IMG/VR virus record: IMGVR_UViG_3300018432_000013
Span: 48,927-112,926 of that record
Reading direction: 5' to 3' (one strand)
DNA: 64,000 bases
Origin: a virus
A program made the translations under genes and the position numbers. How positions within the stretch are numbered: the first letter of the stretch is position 1; every line of letters begins with the position of its first letter. A model generated the notes under the pieces. It was not told the origin of the DNA and made no database searches. It was given only the letters and a program-made list of their open reading frames with translations. Below, in pieces: positions 50,340-59,666 of this stretch.

Positions 50340-50672
50340 ATGCGTCAACCACGTGATACGCCCTGCGTCATGCCCTCTCTGTCGAAGAAGGAGCGGCTGG
50401 TCGCAGACCTGCTGAATCAGCACGGCAGCCTATGTGGCGCAGACCTTGTGAAGCACTCGGGTGGCAGCTTGGTTCGCGGCACGGTGTACGTGATGCTCGA
50501 CCGGCTGGAGGACAAGCTGGTGGTGGAGAGTCGCATCGAGGAGCGCAGCACAGTGCGCGCAGGCATCGCACCGCGCCGCTTCTACAAGCTCACGACGCGG
50601 GGCCAGCGCCTGCTCGATGCACTCGTTTTGGCCGAGCAACGGTTCGCGCGTGCGATGGGCGGCAAGCTTTGA
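50340..50672 (+). CDS. PadR-family winged-helix regulator
   Basis: GTVYVMLDRLEDKLVVES...PRRFYKLTTRG. Confidence 0.85.
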   Translation: MRQPRDTPCVMPSLSKKERLVADLLNQHGSLCGADLVKHSGGSLVRGTVYVMLDRLEDKLVVESRIEERSTVRAGIAPRRFYKLTTRGQRLLDALVLAEQRFARAMGGKL

Positions 50673-51637
50673 ACCGTGTTGCGCAGGAAGGGCTCGTTGA
50701 CGTCGAGCTGTACTTGCCGGCACCCGGCGAAGTGGTGCGCCACTACAAAGGCAGCCTCTACACCGTGATCTGCGTGGGCCGCTTGAGTGAGGCGCGCGAT
50801 CAGCTGCACGTCGTGTATTGGTCGCACGAGCGTAAGACGGTGTGGATCCGGCCGCTCGGCATGTTCGTGGAGCTCGTCGACTGGCCGGACGGCACGCACC
50901 GGCCGCGCTTTGAACGTGCCAACACACTCGCAGCAGCGGGGCGGGCAACCTGTGAAACGTGCGGCGTCCAGTACTACGGTCTTCGACACTGCGCAGCACC
51001 GAAGCAGCCCGCGCGTGATTCACGTGGCGTGGATATCCACTACGACACTGCGGGAGAGCCGGAGCCGTTCTACGGCAAGGCGTACGCGCAATTCGTGAAC
51101 GCTAGCGCTGCTGACGCGCTGCGTCCGCACGATAGGCACGGGCAAGTGCCCGCGCAGCCGGCCGAGGATGTGCTGACGAGCGAGGAGCGGAACTTTCTGG
51201 ATCACGCTCGCGCACAGACACAGAACATGACTTCACTCGGAATGGGCTTGCTCGCCATCATCGACCGCCTCACCGCCACCCCGGCCCGTGACTCGGAGCG
51301 TGTCGAAGAGCTGGAGGCGAGCCTGCAAACGTTCTGTGAGGGTAATGCGGAGCTGCGTGACCAGCTGCAGGAGGTGCGGGAGGTGACTGCGGAGATGCGC
51401 GCCAGTGGCCGCGGGCGGGACATCTACTGGGCCGACAAGCTTGAAGCCGCGCTGAACCACCAACCCGCGCAGCCAGACAAGATCGCCGAGCTCCAGCAAC
51501 GTGTCGACGAGCTAGAAAGCCGTATCAGTCGCGCCACCCACCATTACCGGACGGTCGCTGGCGATGCTGCTTCTTTTTCGGGCCTTCTGGCGATCCTTGA
51601 AGGAAGATGCGGCCCTCAAGGGGGCTCATCGCCATGA
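50669..51637 (+). CDS. DUF1653-domain protein with coiled-coil tail
   Basis: RHYKGSLYTV...VVY...VWIRPLGMF...PRF. Confidence 0.7.
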   Translation: MNRVAQEGLVDVELYLPAPGEVVRHYKGSLYTVICVGRLSEARDQLHVVYWSHERKTVWIRPLGMFVELVDWPDGTHRPRFERANTLAAAGRATCETCGVQYYGLRHCAAPKQPARDSRGVDIHYDTAGEPEPFYGKAYAQFVNASAADALRPHDRHGQVPAQPAEDVLTSEERNFLDHARAQTQNMTSLGMGLLAIIDRLTATPARDSERVEELEASLQTFCEGNAELRDQLQEVREVTAEMRASGRGRDIYWADKLEAALNHQPAQPDKIAELQQRVDELESRISRATHHYRTVAGDAASFSGLLAILEGRCGPQGGSSP

Positions 51638-51849
51638 ACATTACCAGTTTTCCTTCTGTGCCGTCGCCGCCGCATCACATCGATCTAGCCGCGGAGATCT
51701 GCTTGCTCTGCGAGGCTCGGCTCACGTCGGATGTCTGCAGCAAATGCGGCGCGTATTTCTGCGTGCGCTGCGGGACGTCCGTACTCTCGACGCGAGGTGA
51801 TGGTATTTTCTGCGACGAGCACGCCGCGACTGAACGCTGAGCCATCGCC

Positions 51850-52326
51850 ATGCGCACCGAATACATCTGGACCGCAGAGAAGAAGCGCGAGATGTGGGGA
51901 GAGGGCACGTGGGTCGACGAGCCTGATCTTGTCGAGTGGGAGCCAGAAGAGGCTCCCGAGCTCGTTGGCCTGATTCGTCGTCATGATGAGCTCGGCATGC
52001 TCTGCGGCTACGTGGGTGTGCCGCCTGCCCATCCTTGGCACGGTCAATCCAAAGAGCGCATTGGTGACGACGACCAAGGCTGGGATGTGGGGCTCACGTA
52101 TGTGGGGCTGTTCGCGGTCGAGGATGGTCCGAGCGCCATCAACACGAAGCGTTGGTGGGTGGGCTTTGACTGCGCGCACTGGCTCGATGTGATCCCGTTC
52201 ATGGAGCGGCTTCGTTCTGGTTTCAGACGAAGCTTGAGACCGTCTTCTGGTCTCCCGGAGCCGACCTACAAGCACTTTCGCTGGGTGCGTACGGAAGTCG
52301 AAAAAGCTTGCGCGCACAGCGACTGA
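51850..52326 (+). CDS. Conserved phage hypothetical protein
   Basis: CGYVGVPPAHPW...GLTY...WWVGFDCAH. Confidence 0.7.
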   Translation: MRTEYIWTAEKKREMWGEGTWVDEPDLVEWEPEEAPELVGLIRRHDELGMLCGYVGVPPAHPWHGQSKERIGDDDQGWDVGLTYVGLFAVEDGPSAINTKRWWVGFDCAHWLDVIPFMERLRSGFRRSLRPSSGLPEPTYKHFRWVRTEVEKACAHSD

Positions 52327-52381
52327 GATTCAACGACGCGCTGTGCGCGAGTCGCGTGCGACACTGAACTGAGGAAGGCAA

Positions 52382-52723
52382 ATGGAAGCCGCTGATTTCA
52401 CAATCACCCGCAATCCCGTCCCTGACGAACGAAGCCCTGAGGAGCAAATGCTTGCGGACACGACGAGCGAGCATCTCGGCCGTCGTGTGCTCGGTGTCGT
52501 CATTGGATCAGAGCCGCCTGGTGTGCCGAGGCGGCAGGTTGTGATTGGTGTCGCTGTCACGCCCTGGAACCTCTGGCACTTCAACAAGCGGCGCGAGGCG
52601 GCACTGGCTGCACTGCACGCCAAGGTACAGCCGGATGCGCGTGTTCAGCTGGTACGTTTCCCCATGGCGACGACCTTCAAGCTGTATCTCGAGAGTCTTA
52701 GATATCGAGGCTCGGTCGAGTAG
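52382..52723 (+). CDS. Hypothetical protein
   Basis: GAGGA RBS. Confidence 0.5.
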   Translation: MEAADFTITRNPVPDERSPEEQMLADTTSEHLGRRVLGVVIGSEPPGVPRRQVVIGVAVTPWNLWHFNKRREAALAALHAKVQPDARVQLVRFPMATTFKLYLESLRYRGSVE

Positions 52724-52880
52724 ATCACACCACTGGTTCACGAACATCGCGCCTGCCGCAGGCGATGTCGATGCCGACCTGAAGTGGAATCAGTTGCACA
52801 ACACAGGACGCGCTCACCAGAAGGCGTCGTCAGGATGTAATGCTCCTTCTCGTACTCGCCGTCCCATACGCGTGCCGCGC

Positions 52881-53234
52881 TCATAGGGGCTCTTCTCGAC
52901 GTAGCAGCTTGAGCATCTCCTCGTACGTCGGCATGGTCTCGAGGATGGTTGCGATGGTGTTGAGCGCGTACTCGCCTTCTTGGGTGTCGTCTTCGATCAC
53001 ATCTTGGATGAGCTTGAGCGTTCGCATGAAGCGCTCGCGATCGACGCGGGCGCTTTCGAGTTGTCGCGCAAACTGCTCGCACCGCCACACGCAGGCCGTG
53101 TGCTGATCTCGCTGGTCTTGCTCGTCGTGTAGCGCTTGGTCAAGCTGCTCTTCCAGCTCCGCTACCCGCGCCTCGACTGTGCCTTCATGAGCCTGCTCAA
53201 CAGGCACGAGGACCGCTCCGTGGGGTCCCCGCAC
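52881..53234 (-). CDS. Hypothetical coiled-coil protein
   Basis: 117-aa ORF. Confidence 0.5.
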   Translation of the reverse strand: MRGPHGAVLVPVEQAHEGTVEARVAELEEQLDQALHDEQDQRDQHTACVWRCEQFARQLESARVDRERFMRTLKLIQDVIEDDTQEGEYALNTIATILETMPTYEEMLKLLRREEPL

Positions 53235-53775
53235 GCCCGCTCACCTTTTCCTTGATCCAAGGGCCAGGCGGGTCGCCGGTACCGTCCCACGCCTGCAGCG
53301 CGCGGAGTGCCTCGCGCTCGTTGGGGTAGCAGTAGCGCGCCGTGTAGTCGTTTTCCATCTCATAGAACTTCAGGTCAGTCAGCAAACCGCAGGTGAAGAT
53401 GAATCGCTGAATACCGCAAAGGCCACGGCCAGGCACCCTTCGAACGACACGGAACTCTGAACGCCAGTGCTCGGGGACTTCGTCAGCTGTCGACTCTTCA
53501 GGAGTGCGACTCAGCTGCGCGAAAAGCACGCACAGCGCATCGACAGCGAGAATCTCCTGATAGACACGGTACCCCGGGCGCGACTCGACAGGCACCCAGC
53601 AGTTCGCACGCGCAAGCTTCAAAACGCGATGCCAGCACACAGGGATGGGTGCGCGTTTTTCCGCCATCCAGCTGCGCATGTCCATGCGGAGTGCCCAGCT
53701 CATCTGATGATCGAGCAGTTCTTCGTAGGTCGCGTCGGGGCGCGGCGGCTCGTATTCGAGGACGTGTGGCTCCAT
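53197..53775 (-). CDS. Hypothetical protein
   Basis: 192-aa ORF; RYCY...WDG.GDPPGPWIK motif. Confidence 0.6.
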   Translation of the reverse strand: MEPHVLEYEPPRPDATYEELLDHQMSWALRMDMRSWMAEKRAPIPVCWHRVLKLARANCWVPVESRPGYRVYQEILAVDALCVLFAQLSRTPEESTADEVPEHWRSEFRVVRRVPGRGLCGIQRFIFTCGLLTDLKFYEMENDYTARYCYPNEREALRALQAWDGTGDPPGPWIKEKVSGRAGTPRSGPRAC

Positions 53776-53799
53776 GAGTCCGACGATAAGACTTGCCGT

Positions 53800-54225
53800 C
53801 TATGATCGCAGCCAGTTTTCTACGTGCAAGTTCGGCACGCGCCCAAAGTCTTTCACGTTGTCTGTGACCACTACACACTCGAGAGCGATGGCGTGGCCGG
53901 CAATCCAGAGGTCATTGACGCCGATCAAGTTGCCCGTCTTCTCAAGATACGCGCGCAGTTGGCCGTACCTGAAACTGGCACGGCCGTCGAGACCGTGGAC
54001 CACAAGCCGCGAGAACACGCGATCGAAGTGATGCGTAAGTTGCCCAGCCCGCTCAGGGTTGGTTTCGCGCTTCTTATCGATGCCGAAGTGCAGCTCTCCT
54101 CGGACAATCTCGCTTGTGCAGAGCTGGTCTTCCGGTACCTCAAGCACGCGCCGCGCACACACGCCTCTGGGGTCAAGCATCAGCGCCGAGATGATGTTCG
54201 TGTCGAGCATGTAGCGCGGCATCAA
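53800..54225 (-). CDS. vapC: PIN-domain toxin
   Basis: YMLDTNIIS...ELHFG...IGVNDLWIAGHA...VTDNVKDFGRVPNL.VENW. Confidence 0.93.
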   Translation of the reverse strand: MMPRYMLDTNIISALMLDPRGVCARRVLEVPEDQLCTSEIVRGELHFGIDKKRETNPERAGQLTHHFDRVFSRLVVHGLDGRASFRYGQLRAYLEKTGNLIGVNDLWIAGHAIALECVVVTDNVKDFGRVPNLHVENWLRS

Positions 54226-54467
54226 AAGAAGTCCTCGGGCGCAGTCAGCGGGTCCTCGCCCACATCGAGCGTGTCATCGATGGGCTCAAGCGAAGCGAGC
54301 ACTTGCGCGAGCGTCTCCTGGACGATGGGCTCGATAATCAAGCGCGTGCCCTCCCGACGTACCGAGACCTCTTCCAAGTCGAACTCGAACTCGCGAGGGA
54401 TGCGCAGCGCCTGGTTGCCGCCGTTCCTGAACAAGCGCACTTGCTTGGTATTGCTGGAGCTTTCCAT
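54222..54467 (-). CDS. vapB: AbrB/SpoVT-fold antitoxin
   Basis: VRLFRNGGNQALRIPREFEF. Confidence 0.92.
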   Translation of the reverse strand: MESSSNTKQVRLFRNGGNQALRIPREFEFDLEEVSVRREGTRLIIEPIVQETLAQVLASLEPIDDTLDVGEDPLTAPEDFF

Positions 54468-54837
54468 CAGACAACGAGCATATGCTCAAGCATCGGATAT
54501 GTCCAGACATAGCTCTTCAAACTACCTGAGCCAAGCCCTCGCGACTGAAAGCTCGACACGCGGCAGCTCGCGCACTAACGCTCGTTGATGGCCCTCAGCG
54601 GAGAACATCGACCGTACGTCGCGGCACAGCTCGCGCTCCGAGAGATTACAGAAACGCCGGGCTCTGTCTTACGCCGTCTGGCATCTGACATCCTACGTAT
54701 CCCCAACACAGCCGAGCCGGGCTCCGCTGTACCAGCGGAGCAGTTACGGCTGCGTGTCCTCGTGCATGAACTGCTCGGCTCGATCGCGGACGACAACGAT
54801 CGCATCGAGAGAGCGGTACGGTGATAGGCACGTCGTC

Positions 54838-55218
54838 TTATGCGAGTCGCAGGGGGATTCCGGCGTCGTGCATGTGCTGGTAATCAGTATCTGCAGCGAC
54901 CAAATCGCACCCGTGGGTAAGCGCGTAGGAAGCAATCAGCAAGTCGATTGTCTTGGCGGTGACGCCTTTGGTGCGCAGATGCTGGCCGAGGTTCCCGGCA
55001 TAGGTCCATAGCGCGTGCGGCTGCCGCAGGTGGTGACATTGGGCAAAGAGGCCCATGACGTGTTGCCGCTCGGACTCACGCAAGCCGCGGCTAATCTCCG
55101 TGAGCACCGGCCCACAGAGCGCTGCCTCGCCGTCGCGAAGCGCCAACTCGACGCTGTCAGCCACTTCGCCAGGCCCGCGGAAGAATGCGATCCAAGCAGA
55201 TGTATCGACGAGCTTCAC
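54838..55218 (-). CDS. vapC: PIN-domain toxin
   Basis: LVDTSAWIAFFRG...VLTE...TIDLLIA...D.DY. Confidence 0.9.
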   Translation of the reverse strand: MKLVDTSAWIAFFRGPGEVADSVELALRDGEAALCGPVLTEISRGLRESERQHVMGLFAQCHHLRQPHALWTYAGNLGQHLRTKGVTAKTIDLLIASYALTHGCDLVAADTDYQHMHDAGIPLRLA

Positions 55219-55418
55219 GAGCGTGTGTATTCGAGGTCGAGGTCAAAGTCGATCTTGCCGCGCAGACTCGCAAGCTCGCGTAGCTTCTCACGCCGATCAA
55301 ACTCTTCGAGCGAGGCTACCAGCGTCTCCGTGATGCCTTTGCCGGTGGCCTGTTGCACACGCTCAAGCAATGCGGCAGGCAGGTTGACGGTGACCTTCTT
55401 GATGTCGGCTTGGTCCAT
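55215..55418 (-). CDS. vapB: RHH antitoxin
   Basis: KVTVNLP..LL...TGKGITET...LRGKIDFDLDL; overlaps vapC. Confidence 0.85.
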   Translation of the reverse strand: MDQADIKKVTVNLPAALLERVQQATGKGITETLVASLEEFDRREKLRELASLRGKIDFDLDLEYTRS

Positions 55419-55544
55419 GGCCGAGTATGGCAAAAACCATGGTTCGCGCCAGCTCCTTTCATGTATCAGGGAGGGCAGTGACGAGTTCGCAGAAGGAAGG
55501 TTATGTAAACTAAGGTGGGATAGGGTGCGACTGACCAGTGCGTG

Positions 55545-55628
55545 GTCCCAGCTTCAAAGGTGCTGAGCTGCCTCTGTTTCAATGACCTGCTACGAGTCTC
55601 AGCTTCGAAGGTGCTGAGCTACCTTTGC
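55545..55628 (-). CRISPR. Detached CRISPR mini-array (2 degenerate repeats, about 23-nt spacer)
   Basis: gtcccagcttcaaaggtgctgagctgcc and gtctcagcttcgaaggtgctgagctacc match the main array repeat. Confidence 0.75.
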
Positions 55629-55876
55629 CGATCAGGGTCTTCGACGTGAACGTGCAGCCAGACTTTCCCGTCCGCGTCCGGTACGAGCTTGTTGAGATCA
55701 GTGCCGCCTTGTAGCGGTGGCAGTTTGGGCATCAGCTCCCGGCACGCTTTACAGATGACCATGAGCGGCGGGATGTACGTGAAGCCGCCGCTCGGGTACT
55801 CCGTATAGGAGCCCGGCCTTGCTTTCACGCCTGTGGGCTTGCCGCATTTCATGCATGCGATCGTCTCATCGCTCAT
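55619..55876 (-). CDS. Small Zn-finger protein; stop codon lies inside the mini-array repeat
   Basis: CMKC...CKAC. Confidence 0.6.
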   Translation of the reverse strand: MSDETIACMKCGKPTGVKARPGSYTEYPSGGFTYIPPLMVICKACRELMPKLPPLQGGTDLNKLVPDADGKVWLHVHVEDPDRQR

Positions 55877-55910
55877 GACCCCCCCCCCTATGCCGCTCCG
55901 CAGGTGATCG

Positions 55911-56288
55911 TTACTCGATACGCACGGGCACACCCTTGCTGTCGATGACCCGGCCCTCGGCCAGCTCGACGAGCGTGCGTTTCACGCTGTCCCGTAGTTG
56001 GTCCTGTGCGGCGTCTACGATGGGCTTGGGTGCATTCTTCAAGCCGTACATCTTGGCAGCGATTGAATCGGCGAGCGTGTCCACCAAGCCCGGTGTGTTG
56101 AGCACGAGCGCTGCAATCGCGGCGGGATCGGTGGCCGTCTGCAGGAGTTCACGTCGGTACTCGGCGATGGTCTCAGCGGCTGAGAGACGATCAGGCGTTC
56201 CCTTGATCGCACCGATGGTTGCCCATTCGATCACTTCGTCAGCGACTTCCCAATCGCGCGTAGCGATTCGTTCCTGGTGGACGCTCAT
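55911..56288 (-). CDS. Hypothetical protein
   Basis: MSVHQER..., GAGG RBS. Confidence 0.6.
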   Translation of the reverse strand: MSVHQERIATRDWEVADEVIEWATIGAIKGTPDRLSAAETIAEYRRELLQTATDPAAIAALVLNTPGLVDTLADSIAAKMYGLKNAPKPIVDAAQDQLRDSVKRTLVELAEGRVIDSKGVPVRIE

Positions 56289-56421
56289 GGCTTGCCTCGT
56301 CCGAGCAGTTTGAGTAGCCGGTCGTAGCAAGCGCGGCACATCCAAAACGCGCCGTCCGCACCATGCACGCACATCACGGAAGGTTGGCCGCAGCCGCATG
56401 GACTCTGCTTTGGAGGCTCTT

Positions 56422-56634
56422 TCATGGTTCACCCGGGATCCAAATCCCCTCACTCGCGAGTTCAGCGGATGCGAGTCGTGTTGCCTCGCGCAGCGAGAGC
56501 CCGCCATCAATGTGCGCGATGGCGATGCGTTCGAGGTAGCGATAGGGCACCACGCCATCGGACAGGCGGATGTGCTCATCGCTGGGGTTTACGCCGTGCA
56601 CCGGGACGCGCTCAGTTTTTTCGAGTGCTGTCAT
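56422..56634 (-). CDS. Hypothetical protein
   Basis: ERIAI..IDGGLS..EA motif. Confidence 0.55.
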   Translation of the reverse strand: MTALEKTERVPVHGVNPSDEHIRLSDGVVPYRYLERIAIAHIDGGLSLREATRLASAELASEGIWIPGEP

Positions 56635-56705
56635 CGCTACCGATCTTGCTTATACCAGCCGCAGTGGCCATGGCAGCAAGTCCGGCCGTCGTCCCGCGCG
56701 GCAAA

Positions 56706-56954
56706 TCACTCGCCGAGCTTCGCATCAGGCTGGTTGAACCAGTCCGCTGGCACCTCTGAACGCAGTTGCGATTCAAGCGCGCGCATCGCTGTCGCGGTAT
56801 TGCGCGCGAGTGCCGCACTCTTCGGCGAGTGCTCAGCGCTGAACTCGGCCATCTCGTCGAGCGACGGATAGAGCTTCGCGAGCTCATCGGCCACCTGGAG
56901 CTTGGCCTGGTGGACTTTACCCTCAGACGTTTCGAAAATCCGCGCGTCGACCAT
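56706..56954 (-). CDS. Hypothetical protein
   Basis: GGAG RBS; coupled to the upstream ORF. Confidence 0.55.
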   Translation of the reverse strand: MVDARIFETSEGKVHQAKLQVADELAKLYPSLDEMAEFSAEHSPKSAALARNTATAMRALESQLRSEVPADWFNQPDAKLGE

Positions 56955-56956
56955 GA

Positions 56957-57157
56957 TCACTCTCCACTTGGGTAGCTGTACCAATCGTCACCATCGTCCT
57001 CATCTGAGAGCGCGCACGCTTGTCCTGCAGGTGTGTGGGTCTGCATGTGCTTGCGCTTTTCGGCGAGGCAATCGCCGCAGATGACGTGCCGTGCTTTCGA
57101 GCTCGGAAGCCGGAGGACCCGGCCACACCCCATGCACCGTGCAACATCCACGCGCAT
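56957..57157 (-). CDS. Small Zn-finger protein
   Basis: CMGC...CGDC; GGAGG RBS about 50 nt after the last array repeat. Confidence 0.55.
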   Translation of the reverse strand: MRVDVARCMGCGRVLRLPSSKARHVICGDCLAEKRKHMQTHTPAGQACALSDEDDGDDWYSYPSGE

Positions 57158-57213
57158 CCCGCCCTCCGCGTCCAATGTGAGCCCATCCAGGCTACACCGC
57201 GTGAGTGCCTGTT

Positions 57214-59589
57214 GTCTCAGCTTCTTGAGCGCTGAAGCAGCCATTGCTTTGCACCTGTACACGATGTCTCAGCTTCTCAGGCACTGAGCGGCCGTTGCCG
57301 CTGCGACAGGCGACAAGTCTCAGCTTCTTGGGGCGCTGAGCAGTCGATAGCGTTACACCAAACTCGGTACCGTCTCAGCTTGAAAAGCGCTGAGCAGCCT
57401 TGGGTGGAAAACATGGTGAAGTTGTCCCAATGGTCTCAGTTTTGAAGGCACTGAGCTACCGCACGAAACATGCTGCGAGAAGTTGTCACGGTGGTCTCAG
57501 CTTCAAGGGCGCTGAGCAGCCGTTGCTTTACGCAGGGCCTGAGTCACCTGTTGTCTCAGCTTCCCAAAGGCGCTGAGCAGCCGTTGCCGTTTGCAGTTTT
57601 CGATCACTTCCCTGTCGCTTTTCTCATCCACGGCTCAGCTTTAGAGGCGCTGAGCAGCCGTTGCCGATCTAAGCTGCGCAATTTACAGGCAGTCTCAGCT
57701 TTGAAGGCGCTGAGCAACACCTATCGCGACTTGACAGCCCCTCATCTTCTGAATCTCAGCTTTAAAGGCACTGAGCAGCCATTGCAGCAGGAGATCGCCG
57801 CGTTGTCTCAGCTTCAAAGGCGCTGAGCGGCCCAGACGCTTTGATTCCGTGCGGTGGAGTCACTCACATCTCAGCTTGGAGGGCGCTGAGCAGCCGCTGC
57901 CAAAGGGGTTCGTTGTTGCGGTCTCAGGCTTCAAGGGCGCTGAGCAGCCGCTGATTCGTAAAGAAAGCCCCCGGCTCTCTCAGCTTCGAAGGCGCTGAGC
58001 AGCCCATTGTCGAGCTTCGCCACTTGTTGTCTCAGCCTCGCAGGGCGCTGAGCGGCCATTACCGTATGCCGTCACATGGAAGCGTCTCAGCTTCAAGGGC
58101 GCTGAGCAGCCGCTGCCAGAGGTGGGTTCGTTGGTTCGGTCTCAGCATTGAAAAAGCGCTGAGCAGCCATCGCCACTGGCAACTATCTAGTCTCAGCTTC
58201 AAAAGGCGCTGAGCAGCCATTGTGAGTTCGATGGCTGCAAGTCTCAGCTTCAAGGGCGCTGAGCAGCCTTTGCGAACTTCTTCATGGACGCGTTTCAGCT
58301 TCAAAGGCGCTGAACAACCATTTGCGTCTGGTCGTCTCAGCTTCCAGGGCGCTGAGCAGCCGTTGTTGCACGTGCAGCACGGTGCGCATATGAGTTCCGA
58401 CGTCTCAGCTTCGCGGGCGCTGAGCAGCCATTGTTGCAACCTGGGACGAACAGTGGTCTCGGCTTCAAAGGCGCTGAGCAGCCATCGCAACTACGCGCGA
58501 CGGTGCCGTACGTCTCAGTTTCAAAAGGCACTGAGCAGCCAGCAGTCCCCAGTCTCAGCTTCAAGGGCGCTGAGCAACCGTTGCTGCCATCGGTCTACCT
58601 TGGGCCATCTCGTGCGCCAGGTTGTCTCAGCTTCAAGGGCGCTGAACAGCCATCGCAACTACGCGCGACGGCTGCGGTGGCCGCGATTCGACGCATGTCT
58701 CAGCTTCAAAGGCGCTGAGCAGCCGCCACTCGGTTCGCCATCTCAGCTTCAAGGGCGCTGAGCAGCCGTCGCTACCCTCAGGGAAGGGGGCTCATGTTCT
58801 GAAGATCTCAGCTTCAATGGGGCGCTGAGCAGCCGTTGTTCTTTACCCGTGGCACTTCTTGTCTCAGCTTCAAAGGCGCTGAGCAGCAGATCAACTCACC
58901 TTCAATCTGTCTCAGCTTCAATGGGCGCTGAGCAGCCGTTGCTACAGCCAAGGCACCAGGCGAGCATCTCTGAACGCTCGGTCTCAGCTTCAAGGGCGCT
59001 GAGCAGCCATTGCTGCCGTGACCGCACCAGCCTGATGACTGCGTCTCAGCTTCAAGGACGCTGAGCAACCGTTGCTACCTGGACAACTTAAGCTCGACGA
59101 CGACGCTAGAGGTCTCAGCTTCTAGGGCGCTGAGCAACCGTTGCTACGCTCTGAGAACACGGCCAACCTCGTCGCGGAACTGACCGTCTCAGCTTCTAGG
59201 GCGCTGAGCAGCCGTTGCTACGATATGCGGCGAAACTGCGTGACCGTGTTCTACCAGTCTCAGCTTCAAGGGCGCTGAGCAACCATTATTTGCTGCTCAT
59301 GCACAAGCCGCCCGGGGAACCATATGGATGTCTGTCTCAGCTTCAAGGGGCGCTGAGCAACCGTTGCAGCGCATCCTTCCTGCGGAACCTCGCAGCGTCC
59401 ACTTCGAGGTCTCAGCTTCAAGGGCGCTGAGCAGCCACTGCAGCAACGTGGCGCTAGTCGGCCGCGGCGTCATGTTCGAGGTCTCAGCTTCAAGGGCGCT
59501 GAGCAGCCATTGCAGCCACCGCATCCATCGCTCGCCGAGACTTGGCCGCTGTCGTCTCAGCTTCAAGGGCGCTGAGCAACCATTGCAGC
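57214..59589 (-). CRISPR. CRISPR array, about 40 repeats; 36-nt repeat GCTGCAAYGGYTGCTCAGCGCCCTTGAAGCTGAGAC; leader at 59590-59666
   Basis: Counted 40 copies of gtctcagc-N9/10-gctgagc with largely unique spacers. Period is about 72 nt near the cas gene and 40-65 nt for most distal units. Confidence 0.95.
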
Positions 59590-59666
59590 AGCTCCGCCAC
59601 AAGGCGAATCATCATATGAAGTTGTCAACAGTGCTGCGAGCGGCCCCGAGATCCGCGCGCTTCACC

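Noticed and set aside
57299-57316. Possible self-targeting spacer (13-nt match cgctgcgacaggc at about 43990)
   Set aside because: Short, GC-rich, excludes the repeat-proximal seed and is expected by chance. No convincing self-match was seen by eye, but the search was not exhaustive.
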